The translations under genes and the position numbers were made by a program. A stretch of 64,000 bases of DNA from Planctomycetota bacterium (GTDB taxonomy: Bacteria; Planctomycetota; PLA2; JAEUHO01), in contig CBDCTJ010000001.1 of assembly GCA_965222115.1 (NCBI GenBank), forward strand, positions 1-64,000, in the 5' to 3' direction. Under the pieces are notes generated by a model. The model did no database searches. It saw only the letters and a list, made by a program, of their open reading frames with translations, and was not told the DNA's origin. Positions 48,126 through 59,038 of the stretch are shown one piece after another (within the stretch, counting starts at the first letter, position 1; each line of letters starts with the position of its first letter).

Positions 48126-49358
48126 GTGGACACACCACCCCTCGCATTTGATCGTTCGCACCCGGCACAGATTGCGCCCATGGAAGGGCTTCGTGGTGGT
48201 CTGGGCGGAACACTGCGTACAGTGCCCGAAGACTTTCGCGTTGAAGAGTTGCCCCTGTCACGCCCGTCGGGACACGGCAATATCACCAAGGCCCATGTGC
48301 AAAAGCGCGGGACCCCCACCTTCGACCTGCTGCTCTTTTTGAGCAAATCGGCCAAGCTCAGCGAACGTCGTATTGGCTACGCCGGTCTCAAAGACTCACG
48401 CGCGGTGACGTCCCAATACGTAACGCTTCCCAAGATTCCGCCCGCACGTGTGCGCGGACTTCGCGGCAGACATTTCCGCGTTTTGGCAGCCCACCGCGAT
48501 GGACGCCGGTTGCGCATCGGCCACTTGTTGGGCAATCGATTCACGATTCGCATTCGACACGTGAATCGTGAACGTATTGATGATGCGCGCACCGTACTTG
48601 AAACCATGGTGAAGCGTGGGTTGCCCAATGCCTATGGTGAGCAGCGTTTTGGCGTTCGCCAAGACGGCCACCGACTCGGTGAAGCACTTATCCGCGGCGA
48701 TGCCCAAGCATTCGTTGACGGCTTTCTTGGCAGGCCTTCGATCTATGAGCGCAATCCCTTGATTCTCGATGCACGCGAATACTACGACCAAGGCGAGATC
48801 GATCGCGCATGGAAGACCTTTCCCAAGCGCCATCGCGCCGAGAAGCGAGCACTCAGCACACTTCGACGGGGCGGTACACCGGAAGACGTGGTGAGTGAAC
48901 TGGGGACCGGTCAGCGAAAGATTTGGCTCAGTGCATGGCAGAGCTACTTCTTCAATGCGGTCTTGGACGAACGTGTTCGACAGGGCACCTTCGACAACTT
49001 GGTACCGGGCGACATCGCCTGGTTGCACGAATCCTCAGCAACATTTGTGGCGACGTCATCTGACGTTTCGCTAGCGCAATCCGGCGCGGCATCGCCCACA
49101 GGCCCCCTGCCGGGCGCTGCCCTTCGCCACCCTTCCGAACGCGCAGGTGACGTCGAACGTCGCATTCTCACTCGTGAGGCGTTTCAACCGATGGGCGATA
49201 CGCCGTCCACCATGGTGCCACGCGGCCTCAGGCGTCCGCTGCGCGTACCCATTCGAGAAGCCTCGCTCGAGGATCTCGGGGATGGCAGCGTCGTGGTTCG
49301 ATTCGTGTTGCCGCCCGGGAGTTTTGCAACCGTGCTCCTCGGCGCGCTCATGCAATAA
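48126..49358 (+). CDS. truD: tRNA pseudouridine(13) synthase TruD
   Basis: PEDFRVEE, IGYAGLKDSRAVTSQ, GNRFTIRIR, PNAYGEQRFG, SAWQSYFFN, FVLPPGSFAT. Confidence 0.96.
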   Translation: MDTPPLAFDRSHPAQIAPMEGLRGGLGGTLRTVPEDFRVEELPLSRPSGHGNITKAHVQKRGTPTFDLLLFLSKSAKLSERRIGYAGLKDSRAVTSQYVTLPKIPPARVRGLRGRHFRVLAAHRDGRRLRIGHLLGNRFTIRIRHVNRERIDDARTVLETMVKRGLPNAYGEQRFGVRQDGHRLGEALIRGDAQAFVDGFLGRPSIYERNPLILDAREYYDQGEIDRAWKTFPKRHRAEKRALSTLRRGGTPEDVVSELGTGQRKIWLSAWQSYFFNAVLDERVRQGTFDNLVPGDIAWLHESSATFVATSSDVSLAQSGAASPTGPLPGAALRHPSERAGDVERRILTREAFQPMGDTPSTMVPRGLRRPLRVPIREASLEDLGDGSVVVRFVLPPGSFATVLLGALMQ

Positions 49359-49467
49359 ATCGAGCACACGCGGAATTCGTGAGACGCGACACGCGTAAAT
49401 CGGGCGAATGCAAAAAGGTGCGCCCATCTGGCCGCGCGTCGCTTGCGGCGGGTACGCTGGCTGGGCT

Positions 49468-51048
49468 GTGAGAACGGTCGCAATCATCAACCGCAAAGGT
49501 GGCGTCGGCAAGACGACGACCGCCGTCAACCTGGGCGCGGCCCTCGCGCTTCGTGGACGGCGCGTGCTCTTGGTTGACTGCGATCCCCAAGCCAACTTGA
49601 GCGACCACGTAGGACACGGGCCGGAGAGTGTGGAACAGTCGCTCTATGAAGTGTTGGTTGATGGGCTCGATCCTACGTCGTTGATACGCAGCACAGCAAC
49701 CGAGAGACTCGACCTACTGCCGGCTCATCCCGATCTCGCGGCCGCCGAAGCGGAGCTCGCCGCGGAGATCGGTCGTGAGACGCGGTTGCGTCGCGCGCTG
49801 GATCAAATCGATAGCGATCGATACGACTGGGTATTGATCGACTGCCCGCCCAGCCTCGGCCTGCTCTCGCTCAACGCCATGGTTGCGGCGAAGGAGCTCA
49901 TACTCACGGTTCAGACGGAGTACTTCGCCATGCGTGGGCTGGGTCATGTGGACGAAGTCATTGGCATGGTGCAAGAGCACGTCAATCCCGAGCTTCGCAT
50001 TCTTGGCATTTTGGCCACGCTGGTGAACCCCGTGACGCGACTTTCCAAAGAAGTCCTTGAAGAGATTCGCGGACACTACGGCGAACTCGTGTTCAAGACG
50101 AAGATCCGCCAGAACATTCGATTGGCAGAAGCACCGGGGCATCAAACACACATCTTCGCGTACCAACCCAGCTCCGCTGGCGCAGAAGACTATCGTTCCC
50201 TCGCTGAGGAAATCGAGGGAGGTGTGGTTACGGCCGACCCGCCGAATAACAGTGCAACTGAAACAGCAACTGCAACCGACATCGACAGCGATGATGCAGT
50301 TGACGATGCCGCCATATCAGAAACAGACGAAACGGCGGAAAGCGAGCCTGCGAAAAAAAATAAGGAAGAACAGGAATCTGATTCACAAGAACTAGAATCA
50401 GAAACTCTCAGCTCAGAAAACTTCCCCACGGAACAGCATTCTTTAAGTGACGAAGATGAGCACGCGCGCTTTAAAACGACGGACGAGCTCGTCGTCGATG
50501 AGCCGAACACATCTGAGCCCGCCGAAAGCGACGACATCGAAGGCAGTGACGTTGAAATCGGTGACGTTGAAATCAGTGACGACGCCATCATCAGTGAACT
50601 CGAAGAACGCGAGAAGATTGGCGACACTGCCGAGGTCGATGACGATGTCAATTTCGAACACATTCGAGATTCGGAAGATTCATCAACAGACGCGAATGAA
50701 CTAGTCGAGTGTGAAGAACGCGCAGATCCCATCGACCACGATCATGACGCGGCGGAACACGCGCCTGTACATGACGAGTCCGATTCATCGAATCCACTCG
50801 ACGAAGCGGAGGGCACCAACGAATTGGCGGAAGTAGCGGAATCGGTGCCCACACTCACGGAGCCAATGGCTACCGATGCTGTGCCCCGCGCCGACGAACC
50901 GCGTCCGCCCGATGAGGTTGAGCCCAATGAAGTCGAGCTGAATGAAGTCCGTACCCCGGGCGCATCGAACGTTTTTGACGCCTCCGATCTGGCCGACAAA
51001 GCGCAGCGCTCGGCCCAATCGAGGCTCGACTCATTTAGAGCAGGTTAG
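49468..51048 (+). CDS. ParA/Soj-family ATPase with ~275-aa acidic disordered C-terminal tail
   Basis: NRKGGVGKTTTAVNL, LVDCDPQAN, IDCPPSLGLL, IRQNIRLAEAP; D/E-rich tail; no adjacent parB. Confidence 0.92.
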   Translation: MRTVAIINRKGGVGKTTTAVNLGAALALRGRRVLLVDCDPQANLSDHVGHGPESVEQSLYEVLVDGLDPTSLIRSTATERLDLLPAHPDLAAAEAELAAEIGRETRLRRALDQIDSDRYDWVLIDCPPSLGLLSLNAMVAAKELILTVQTEYFAMRGLGHVDEVIGMVQEHVNPELRILGILATLVNPVTRLSKEVLEEIRGHYGELVFKTKIRQNIRLAEAPGHQTHIFAYQPSSAGAEDYRSLAEEIEGGVVTADPPNNSATETATATDIDSDDAVDDAAISETDETAESEPAKKNKEEQESDSQELESETLSSENFPTEQHSLSDEDEHARFKTTDELVVDEPNTSEPAESDDIEGSDVEIGDVEISDDAIISELEEREKIGDTAEVDDDVNFEHIRDSEDSSTDANELVECEERADPIDHDHDAAEHAPVHDESDSSNPLDEAEGTNELAEVAESVPTLTEPMATDAVPRADEPRPPDEVEPNEVELNEVRTPGASNVFDASDLADKAQRSAQSRLDSFRAG

Positions 51049-51131
51049 CTTCCCCCCACGTCGGCGTGGGAGGAGCGATCAACTCTACAAATTTATGGGC
51101 ACTCAGGCTGGGTCCATGCCGTGCGCTCGTG

Positions 51132-53390
51132 CTACCGCAAACTTCCGTCTTCGTTCAGTGTGGCGTCGAGGTAACAGAAGTCGCTGGGGCTGGGTCCCGC
51201 GCTAACGCTCACCGGCGAAGCGCCGTCCGGATCTAGGACGGCGTTCCCATAGAAGCCTGCGGTAACTTGAATGGCATATCGCGGGTTGACTGCTGCAGGA
51301 TCGAGGGCGTCGGGATCGCCCCAGTCAGGGTCCAACCCGTATCCCAAATCGCCGCCCTCAAAGCGAATCCAACGGTTGAGTGACAACACTTCACCTGTCT
51401 CACGATCAATCACGGCGCCCGCGCGGTAGTGGAATCCATCGGCGGCAAACGCAATCTCATTCGCCTGTCCAACACGTGCGGCAGCGCCTCCCGTCACGCG
51501 CAAAGGCACATAAAGCTCTTTGGTGGAATCCGTTCGGAACATATTGGTGGCCCAATGCGATGTCTGCGCATCGCCACCGGTCAGATGTAGTGTCTGCCGC
51601 CAGGCACCTATCAATCCCGTGTCCGGGTTCACAGGAAACACCTGCACGCGATGCTCAGTGGGCGCACTTGCCCAGAGTTCTTCGTGGGGCGCGCCCGGCT
51701 CAAAGCGCACATCGCCCGCGTGGGTTACGGACATGAAATACTCGGTGCGCGTGGTGCCGTTTACGCTGAGTGGACGCGTTTCCGTACGCAATGTAAACGG
51801 TTCACTCGAAGAGACACGACGTACCCAGCGCAGGACTCCGGACGTCTCATACACCATGATCAGACCGCCGTACTCGTCGCCCGACGCTGCGATGTCTACG
51901 GTGCCTCCCACCCCATCCTCAACGGAAAACGCGGGATCACCGCTTGCCTCAAGAAGCACGACCTTGAAATTGTTGCCGCCAATGACGCGCGCCTCGTCCA
52001 CGCGACCTTGGCTCGTGAACACGGCAGCAGATCGCAACATGCGCCCATCCGTCTGGCGCCGCCGTATCTGAATGAAGTCGGCACTTCCTATGCCGGAATC
52101 GGGGAGTACGCGTTGCCAAGACTTCCCCGCATCGATGGTTAGCGTACCTTCGTAGATGATGGCGGAGAGCGGCTGACGGTTCGTGAGTTCATGCGCCGAG
52201 AGAAGCCTTCGCGTACCGGTTCCGTCCAACGTGGCCAACCACTTCAAATTGCCATCGGCGTCGTACCACGCATGCACGTCTCTGGACACACCACCCGTCG
52301 CAGGAAGCACTTGACTGTTTCCGTCCGCCGAAGGAAACGACACGTCTACGGTGGAGTTGACCATGCCTGTAATCGAGAGCGTGTTGTTGGTGTGGAACAT
52401 GCTGTCCGTGAGTTCAAATTCCGTGTCGGCCGAAATCATGTGTTGATACACCTGCGCGCCGGTATCGTCATAGCGCGCGAACACCACTGCCGACCCCACG
52501 GCGGGGCCGTTCACAACGTCGTCGGTTCCGTCGTTCGGCATGAGATGGGCCGTCTCACCCGACTGAAGTGAAAAGAGGTAGCCGCGGCTCCCGTAGGGCA
52601 CGGTTGCGGACTTGTAGGGCATCAGATGCCCCGTGTTGCGATATGCGTTGACCGTCCCCGATGTGCCCTCAACGCGCAGCGGGCAGCGGTGGTACCCGAA
52701 GCGACGAAATACGATGGGCGTCTCGTCCACAACATCGACGGACGCGCCGTTGGCATCGATCATCTTGAGTACGGGCGTATAGCTCGCTGCCGTCAAGATG
52801 CTCGCATCAACCTGGACCGTACTCGCTCCATCGCCCGATCCCGAGGTAACAAATAGCTGGTCGCCTGTGGTGCTCGGGTCGCCGTCCTCGTCGAGCACCA
52901 GATCCCACGTACCGTCTCCGCTGGCAAACACGGCGGACGCGGTGAGCCAGATGTCGGATAGTGGACTTACGGCAGCGCTCGATACACCGGTGACGTTGCC
53001 GTAGATGAGCGACAGCGGGTCGCCGATCGTCTGCTGAACACCGTCCGGCCCAACGGCCAGCAATTGGTAGGTTCCCGGCTGCGCACCGTTTGTGTCCCAC
53101 GGCACGTCGTAGCGACCGTTTACGCCGTTAACTTCACCAATGGCGATGCGGTCTTCAGTTGTCGCCAGATTGCCATCTTGATCGGCATAGAACGCCACGT
53201 GCCCGGAGCCCGTGGAGAAGAAGACGTCAACGGTGAGGTCTACGGTGTCGCGTAGGGGCATCGAGGTCATGGGGCCCGTCGCCGAGACCGCAACGTGATT
53301 GGATGAGGAACCGCTGCCACCACCGCCGCCGCATGACGCAAACGTCAAGAATACGCATGAGAATAGGAACGTTCGAATCATGGTGAGCAT
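51132..53390 (-). CDS. Large beta-rich lipoprotein, unknown function
   Basis: Lipobox FASC-GGGGGSGSSS; two Ig-like repeats containing DxDG motifs (YADQDGNLATTEDR / VLDEDGDPSTTGDQ); propeller-like C-terminal half. Confidence 0.8.
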   Translation of the reverse strand: MLTMIRTFLFSCVFLTFASCGGGGGSGSSSNHVAVSATGPMTSMPLRDTVDLTVDVFFSTGSGHVAFYADQDGNLATTEDRIAIGEVNGVNGRYDVPWDTNGAQPGTYQLLAVGPDGVQQTIGDPLSLIYGNVTGVSSAAVSPLSDIWLTASAVFASGDGTWDLVLDEDGDPSTTGDQLFVTSGSGDGASTVQVDASILTAASYTPVLKMIDANGASVDVVDETPIVFRRFGYHRCPLRVEGTSGTVNAYRNTGHLMPYKSATVPYGSRGYLFSLQSGETAHLMPNDGTDDVVNGPAVGSAVVFARYDDTGAQVYQHMISADTEFELTDSMFHTNNTLSITGMVNSTVDVSFPSADGNSQVLPATGGVSRDVHAWYDADGNLKWLATLDGTGTRRLLSAHELTNRQPLSAIIYEGTLTIDAGKSWQRVLPDSGIGSADFIQIRRRQTDGRMLRSAAVFTSQGRVDEARVIGGNNFKVVLLEASGDPAFSVEDGVGGTVDIAASGDEYGGLIMVYETSGVLRWVRRVSSSEPFTLRTETRPLSVNGTTRTEYFMSVTHAGDVRFEPGAPHEELWASAPTEHRVQVFPVNPDTGLIGAWRQTLHLTGGDAQTSHWATNMFRTDSTKELYVPLRVTGGAAARVGQANEIAFAADGFHYRAGAVIDRETGEVLSLNRWIRFEGGDLGYGLDPDWGDPDALDPAAVNPRYAIQVTAGFYGNAVLDPDGASPVSVSAGPSPSDFCYLDATLNEDGSLR

Positions 53391-53400
53391 CCCGTGTGGA

Positions 53401-54300
53401 CTAGTTGGCAAGCGCGCACCGCGCACCATCGTTTTGCGAGGACAGGGGACCGACTGACTCGATCCATGCATTCAGATCAATGTTGGTTGGGTCAGAGAGA
53501 TTGAGGGCCCAGATCTCACCCGTATCGTTGTCGCTCCAAAAGGAGACGCCGCTCTGAGAGACGTAACACGCACCGAATCGGCGGTCGGGCGCGATCGTCG
53601 TTCGGCCAAGGTTGATCGTCTCGCCCGTATCGGGATTGATGCGCCAGAGATCGGATTCGTGGTTTCCGCTAACGCCGGTCGCCTGCCAGTTCACCGAGTA
53701 GAGCTGCCCATCGATGGGGGAAAACAGCCAGTCCGCGCGCGTTCCTGGATCCCCGTCACCAGAGAACGTGCGCCACGCCAACAGCTCCATATAGGTCGCG
53801 CTAGTCGGATCCACATCAATGACGGCGAAACCAGGAACCCCGGTCCGTGTTATGTACAGCCGTCCATTCGTATCTACATCGCCTGCATAAAGCCCGAACT
53901 CGACAACGCCTTGAAGCGCTACAGGCACCGGAACATAGTGCACGTCCACTTGGATGGGTCGAGCCGATGGGTCAATCGCCGCGATGGCGAATGTGGTAGT
54001 GTCGGCGCGATCCTCGTCGATGGCGACGCCATAGATGCGATGATCCAGCGTGCTGAATCCGATGGCATTCAGACCGCCTAGATCATAGTCGTCAAGGACG
54101 CGCGTGTATCTGCCCGTATGCGGATCTACTTCGTAGAAGTCCGCCGTTGGGCCTTGAACGAGATAGCCCACATCGCAGGCATCAGGCGACGGGCTTGACC
54201 CAAATCCGCCGAAAAGACCCGTGTCACCGCCACACCCGCCTCCGCAGCTAGGGCAGAACGCGAGCGCAGCAACGGCGGCAAAGATCAACAGGGATTTCAT
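53401..54300 (-). CDS. Lipoprotein with beta-propeller repeat (DUF6923-like)
   Basis: Lipobox CPSCGGGC; NAIGFS..DHRIYG, YAGDVDTNG, DWLFSPIDGQLY, FGACY, SSQNDGARC. Confidence 0.8.
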   Translation of the reverse strand: MKSLLIFAAVAALAFCPSCGGGCGGDTGLFGGFGSSPSPDACDVGYLVQGPTADFYEVDPHTGRYTRVLDDYDLGGLNAIGFSTLDHRIYGVAIDEDRADTTTFAIAAIDPSARPIQVDVHYVPVPVALQGVVEFGLYAGDVDTNGRLYITRTGVPGFAVIDVDPTSATYMELLAWRTFSGDGDPGTRADWLFSPIDGQLYSVNWQATGVSGNHESDLWRINPDTGETINLGRTTIAPDRRFGACYVSQSGVSFWSDNDTGEIWALNLSDPTNIDLNAWIESVGPLSSQNDGARCALAN

Positions 54301-54467
54301 CGCAAGAACCTCCGACAGTCCCTATCGACGATCGGGAAGCTCGCTTGGAGGTGACGACGCACGCGCAAACGAATTGGGCGTACTCCCGTGTGCTTGTGTT
54401 GTTTGGTACGGCATTCGGGACGAGAAGTCTCGACGCCTCGTTCGTGGAAAAGGCTAAGATCTGCCTC

Positions 54468-55211
54468 ATGACCGGGCCGACTCGATCCATCACGCTGGTC
54501 TCGGGTGCATTGCGCCTCGACGCACGATTGCACGAACCCGCCCAAAATTTGCCGGAACGTGGTGCGATCGTCATCGCGCATCCGCATCCCATGCATGGCG
54601 GACACATGAATCACCCGGTGGTGGTGTGTGCAGCAGAGCGGGCGGCAGCAAAGGGGCTCACGGCGCTGCGGTTCGACTTTCGGGGCGTGCAGGCCAGTGA
54701 GGGTCGAACCGACGACATGGAGGGGCATCTGGAAGATTGGCGCGTTGCGCGAAATGACGTTCGCCGACGTGCGCCCGACGGTCCCATGATTGGGTGTGGC
54801 TTCAGCTACGGCTCGCGGACGCTGGCCACCGTACTCGCTCCAAATCAAACCCATCCGCCGCAACTCGATGCCTTGCTGCTTCTCGCGCCAGCAACGCGGG
54901 TGCCCACCACGCGCCGCGACTTTGGCAACTTGCTTTTGGGCCGACCCCTCTCGGAAGCCGCACGCGATTCGCGCGTGCTCGCCAATCTCGGTGCGCTGAC
55001 GCTCCCCACGCAAGTTTTGGTGGGTGAACTTGATGTGGTTGCACCACACGAAGAGTTGCGAGCGGCACTACCCAACCATGCCGCGTTGTCCGTGTTGCCT
55101 GGTCTCAACCATTTTTTTAGCAAGCACACGGGCGCCGGCGCGCTGCATAGCGAGAGCTTTGTTCCCGCTATCGATGGCGCACTCGACGCCTTGCTTCGGG
55201 TCAGCCAATAG
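54468..55211 (+). CDS. Alpha/beta-fold hydrolase
   Basis: HPHPMHGGHMNHPVV, LRFDFRGVQASEG, GFSYG nucleophile elbow, GELDVV, NHFF. Confidence 0.9.
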   Translation: MTGPTRSITLVSGALRLDARLHEPAQNLPERGAIVIAHPHPMHGGHMNHPVVVCAAERAAAKGLTALRFDFRGVQASEGRTDDMEGHLEDWRVARNDVRRRAPDGPMIGCGFSYGSRTLATVLAPNQTHPPQLDALLLLAPATRVPTTRRDFGNLLLGRPLSEAARDSRVLANLGALTLPTQVLVGELDVVAPHEELRAALPNHAALSVLPGLNHFFSKHTGAGALHSESFVPAIDGALDALLRVSQ

Positions 55212-55215
55212 CGAC

Positions 55216-56631
55216 TTAGCGATGTCGCGCTAGCTGTGCCTCCAGGGCCTCGCGAGACCGTGCATCTTGTGCCAGTGCAATGGCGCGGCGCAAGTAGGGT
55301 GCCGCGAAGCGCCCCATGGCGTCAAAGCTTCGCAATGCAGCCTCTCGGGTGGCTCTGTCCGGCGAAAGCAGATCAGACGTCATCGCCTTCAGCTTGGATT
55401 CCCGAGCGGGCGACAGCAGATCCACGCGCCCCACAAAGACCCGCTCAACGCGCCATGGCTTGGCGATTGCTGCCTCTGACAGCCGAGACGCCTTCTTAGT
55501 GTTATCGGCATTTCTCCTAAACGAGCGCTTCCGTAGTGTAGTGATCTTCAATGGCAAGATCCGATCGACATAGGCACGGGGAAGAACGTAAAGCAGTCGC
55601 AACCCCTCGTCACCGAGCCACCCGTGTTGCCACGTTCGCACCATGGCAAGTGCTTCATCGGTGAACAAGCCTTCTGAGACGAGGCGCTCTTTCATGTCGC
55701 GTACAATGTTCTCGAGTTCCTGTTTGTCGCGTTTGTCATTCATGCTCAAGACACACGTTCCGCCCTCCGCACCTTCGAACTCAGATACTTTCAAGATCTC
55801 GAATCCGATTCGATCGCCACGAACGCAGGCGAGAAAATGAAAGCGGACCGGCTCTTTGACGTTGCTGTTTTGGATACGAAGACGCACGCGCACCTTGTTG
55901 TCTTCTAGTGGTGTCTCCTCGAGTACGCGAATGGTCAAGGGCATGTTGAAGTCACCCAACCCGCGATAGAAGAGACAGCGCTCGTATTCACTGACGGTCC
56001 ACGACCCCGTCTTGTCGGCAATCGCCTTCTGTTCATCGGCGGGCAGGTCGCGCAACTTGTTGTGGTGGCACACGCGCAGGGCGTTGGCCTGAGTCTGACG
56101 GCAGAAGCGCCAGGGGTCGTCGGCGGATACCTTGGGAAACTCCGGTTCTTTCACGTCTCGCGAAAGCACCTCCAGGTCCTGACGGCGCCCCCACGTAATG
56201 GTGCCATCGCGAAGCGGTATGCGATCGACATCGGGTTTCTGGCCCTTGCCATTGACAACAAATCCGCTGCCGTTGGCCGACGTCGCCGCCGGATACCACT
56301 GCGTAATCAGACCCTTGGGGAATCGAACATTTACCCGCACACGACGTGCCTCGGGCGAATAGAAATAGATCACGGGCGTTTCCATCTTTGGCGACACGCC
56401 GGTCAGTCGATGCACGTCGCGCAGATGATGCACAAAAGAGGGCAAGTCGCGTTCTTCGTGTCGCAGCCCGTCAAGCGTCACACCATCGCTCCCTTGAACC
56501 GCGGTAAGCGTGCCCCACTCGTGGGCCTCCAGCGCCTCCCCATCCCACGACCGCTCCTTCGCATGGGCATCGGGCGCAAGTGCCAGCATGGCGGCAACAA
56601 ACAATGAAAACAGTGTTCTTCGAATCGGCAT
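55216..56631 (-). CDS. Conserved exported hypothetical protein
   Basis: Signal peptide ending AHA; HEWGT, KMETPVIYFY, ITQWYP, LFYRGLG, GLFTDEALAMVRTW, RVFVGR motifs. Confidence 0.8.
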   Translation of the reverse strand: MPIRRTLFSLFVAAMLALAPDAHAKERSWDGEALEAHEWGTLTAVQGSDGVTLDGLRHEERDLPSFVHHLRDVHRLTGVSPKMETPVIYFYSPEARRVRVNVRFPKGLITQWYPAATSANGSGFVVNGKGQKPDVDRIPLRDGTITWGRRQDLEVLSRDVKEPEFPKVSADDPWRFCRQTQANALRVCHHNKLRDLPADEQKAIADKTGSWTVSEYERCLFYRGLGDFNMPLTIRVLEETPLEDNKVRVRLRIQNSNVKEPVRFHFLACVRGDRIGFEILKVSEFEGAEGGTCVLSMNDKRDKQELENIVRDMKERLVSEGLFTDEALAMVRTWQHGWLGDEGLRLLYVLPRAYVDRILPLKITTLRKRSFRRNADNTKKASRLSEAAIAKPWRVERVFVGRVDLLSPARESKLKAMTSDLLSPDRATREAALRSFDAMGRFAAPYLRRAIALAQDARSREALEAQLARHR

Positions 56632-57139
56632 GAGCGCCTCCAGGGGTGGGTTTGCCCTACAAGACGCAGTGAGTCGCATTTCGTTATCGGTGAGGTGTGT
56701 TCCCTGTGGGCGCGCGTCTTGGGTGGTGGGACGCTGCTTGAAGAAGAAACTCTCACCAAGGAAAGGCCAAGGGCACCAAGCGAAAACGGGCGCCTAGACA
56801 CTCCCCTCATTGGGTTATCGAAGGGGAATGGCTCCGAAGGAGCCAAAGCTGATAGCGAAGGGTGAGGCTTCCGAACCCTGGTACATCGTGCCTCTCGAAT
56901 GGAAGCGCTCTGAAAGAGCGCAAGCGTTGCCGGACGTGACCTGTGAAGACGTGAAATGGGTAGAAAGCGGTGCGTTGCTCGAATGGGCACGCTAAGACTC
57001 TAGGACACGAAGGCGCAAGCGTCGGGGAGCGCCTCTTGGCAGGGGCAAAGTCGAATCCAAAAAGACGCCGCGACTGGAACTGAAAACACGTCAAGAATCG
57101 TGTCGGAGATTTGGCGGGTCGAAGACCCGACCAAATCGT

Positions 57140-57198
57140 AGATCCTGAGTAAGCACAAGCGAATCTCTGATTCGCGCGGTGCGCATCGAAGGGCCGAA
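57140..57198 (+). repeat. Dispersed REP-like hairpin element, copy 2
   Basis: AGATCCTGAGTAAGCACAA-GCGAATC-tct-GATTCGC-gcg-GTGCGCATCGAAGGGCCGAA. Confidence 0.85.
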
Positions 57199-57615
57199 TC
57201 AAGAGGTGCGTTGATCGACATTGTTCGACTACCTCACATTGCTCATTCAACTTCATTGAACACGTGACGACCCAACGTCGACGACGTTGTCAATCTTGCC
57301 ACGGTGCGCTCCGGGTTGGCATGAGGGTACGTATCGTCACGCTGCGGCACGTGAGCAATTGCTATCGCCAGTCGCACCGCACAACAATGACAACTGCCCC
57401 GCAGGGCCGCGGATCACAGCGCGGGGTGTAGCGCAAGCGAAGCGGCGCGGTACCCTGGGTCAGCGTTAACCCATAAGAGACCCGCCCTGACAGGGCGGCG
57501 GAATCGTAGTGCGCGCAGTTGCATTCACATGCCGTCATGCGTCCGCTCAACCGCCCGCACACCCGAGACGACTTGTGTAACGCACGCGTGTCGGTTGTGT
57601 CACACACGAATTTAT

Positions 57616-59038
57616 GAGTCTCCTGCTCTTCATGTGGGTCATGGCAACTTCGGATGGAGTTCGATGCCGCCGTTGCACAGGAACAACATAGAGATCAGCG
57701 CCTTGGCGCTGTGAAATCCGTATGCTCGTCGAGCCACCATGCGGAGCCGATTGTTGATGCCTTCCACGATGCCGTTGGTCATGCGGCAACTGATGTAGGC
57801 GATGATGCCATCGAAGTGCTCCCGAAGCGTTTTGGCCAATCGCACGAACTGTTTGAGTTTGGATCGCGACGCCCAAGCCAGCCACTCACGAAGGGCGCGC
57901 CGAGCTCGCTTCGGTTGAAGGTAATCCAGTGCCGCACCAAGCGACTCCTTTAGGAGATAAGCGCGATACAGCTTCTTGTTCGTCCGCTCGATCTCGCTGA
58001 GCTTGGTCCGCTGCTTCGAATCGAGGTCACAGTAGTTCTTTAGGATTGCGTAACGCGAGTAGAAAATGAACCGACCTTGATCAGTGCCTCGAAGTTCTCG
58101 TAGCTGTTCGCGGCGTACTTCATCGAGTGCCACGCCTGCTAGCTTCTGGATGTGAAAGCGATCGAATACAACTTGGGCTTGAGGGATGTGTGTCGCAATG
58201 GCTTTGCGGTTCCATCCCGCCAGATCCGTCGTTACACCTTCGATCTTGGCAGCGTCCTCCGGCGATATCTCTTCGAAAAACTTGCGTAGCGTCGCTGAAT
58301 CCTTCCCTTCGGCTGCCCACACCACGCGGCGACGATCGTGATCGACAACCAACGTAATGAAGTTGTGTCCGCGAAGATGGCTGAACTCATCCATGCCAAT
58401 CCAGCGCAGATTCGAGAGTCGGTCGGGATCCTGGCGTTTCGCGACGACACGCGTGACGATGGAACCAACCGTTCGCCACGTCACGCCCATTTGGACTGAG
58501 ACCTGCGTCTTGTCCGTCGTTCGAACTAAGTACGCCACCATTTCCTCGAAATCCTTTGTGAATCGGCTCTGAGCCTCAGCCCACGGCACTTGCTCGGCTC
58601 GCACGCCGCAACGGGAGCAGTTCACGCGACGCGGTGAGTATCTGAACCACACTCGCGTAGAACCGATCCCCAGGTGGCGCCAAAACCTAGATCTCAGCCG
58701 ATCGTAGCCCGGGGCCCTTTCCCCACACCCACTGCAACGAGGCAGGCGATGGCGCGGAGACACCGTGGCGATCACGCCACGCAGCGAAAAATCTACCGAT
58801 CGGACGTACATCCCCGGGACATCGATCATCCGATGCAATAACGTGGTGGCGCGCATGGGGCTCCTCTGTTGATTTGTCGATTTCGTAACCAACAAAGAAA
58901 CATGAGTCCCGTGGGCACCTCTAGGTTGTGACAGCCTGTTCTAACAAACATCATTTCTTTTCCTGCCGTCCGCGCCCTCTTAGGGGCGGCAGGACAAGAA
59001 ATCGCAAATGTACGACCCACACAAAGAGCAGTAGAGCC
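57616..59038 (-). mobile_element. ISL3-family insertion sequence, 1423 bp
   Basis: Terminal IRs GAGTCTCCTGCTCTTCATGTGGGTC / GGCTCTACTGCTCTTTGTGTGGGTC (20/25 match); 8-bp target duplication GAATTTAT at 57608-57615 and 59039-59046. Confidence 0.95.
57639..58856 (-). CDS. ISL3-family DDE transposase
   Basis: Zinc finger CSGC...CSRC, IGMDE, VTTDL, VFDRFHI, TNGIVEGINNRLR..ARRAYGF. Confidence 0.96.
   Translation of the reverse strand: MRATTLLHRMIDVPGMYVRSVDFSLRGVIATVSPRHRLPRCSGCGERAPGYDRLRSRFWRHLGIGSTRVWFRYSPRRVNCSRCGVRAEQVPWAEAQSRFTKDFEEMVAYLVRTTDKTQVSVQMGVTWRTVGSIVTRVVAKRQDPDRLSNLRWIGMDEFSHLRGHNFITLVVDHDRRRVVWAAEGKDSATLRKFFEEISPEDAAKIEGVTTDLAGWNRKAIATHIPQAQVVFDRFHIQKLAGVALDEVRREQLRELRGTDQGRFIFYSRYAILKNYCDLDSKQRTKLSEIERTNKKLYRAYLLKESLGAALDYLQPKRARRALREWLAWASRSKLKQFVRLAKTLREHFDGIIAYISCRMTNGIVEGINNRLRMVARRAYGFHSAKALISMLFLCNGGIELHPKLP

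Noticed and set aside
56810-56995. 61-aa plus-strand ORF
   Set aside because: No recognisable motif or family; cannot be distinguished from a chance ORF or remnant.
57110-57137. CCCGACCAA resembling the tRNA-Pro 3' end (attR)
   Set aside because: Only ~9 bp match, explained as an arm of a local hairpin; no integrase, and housekeeping genes lie between.
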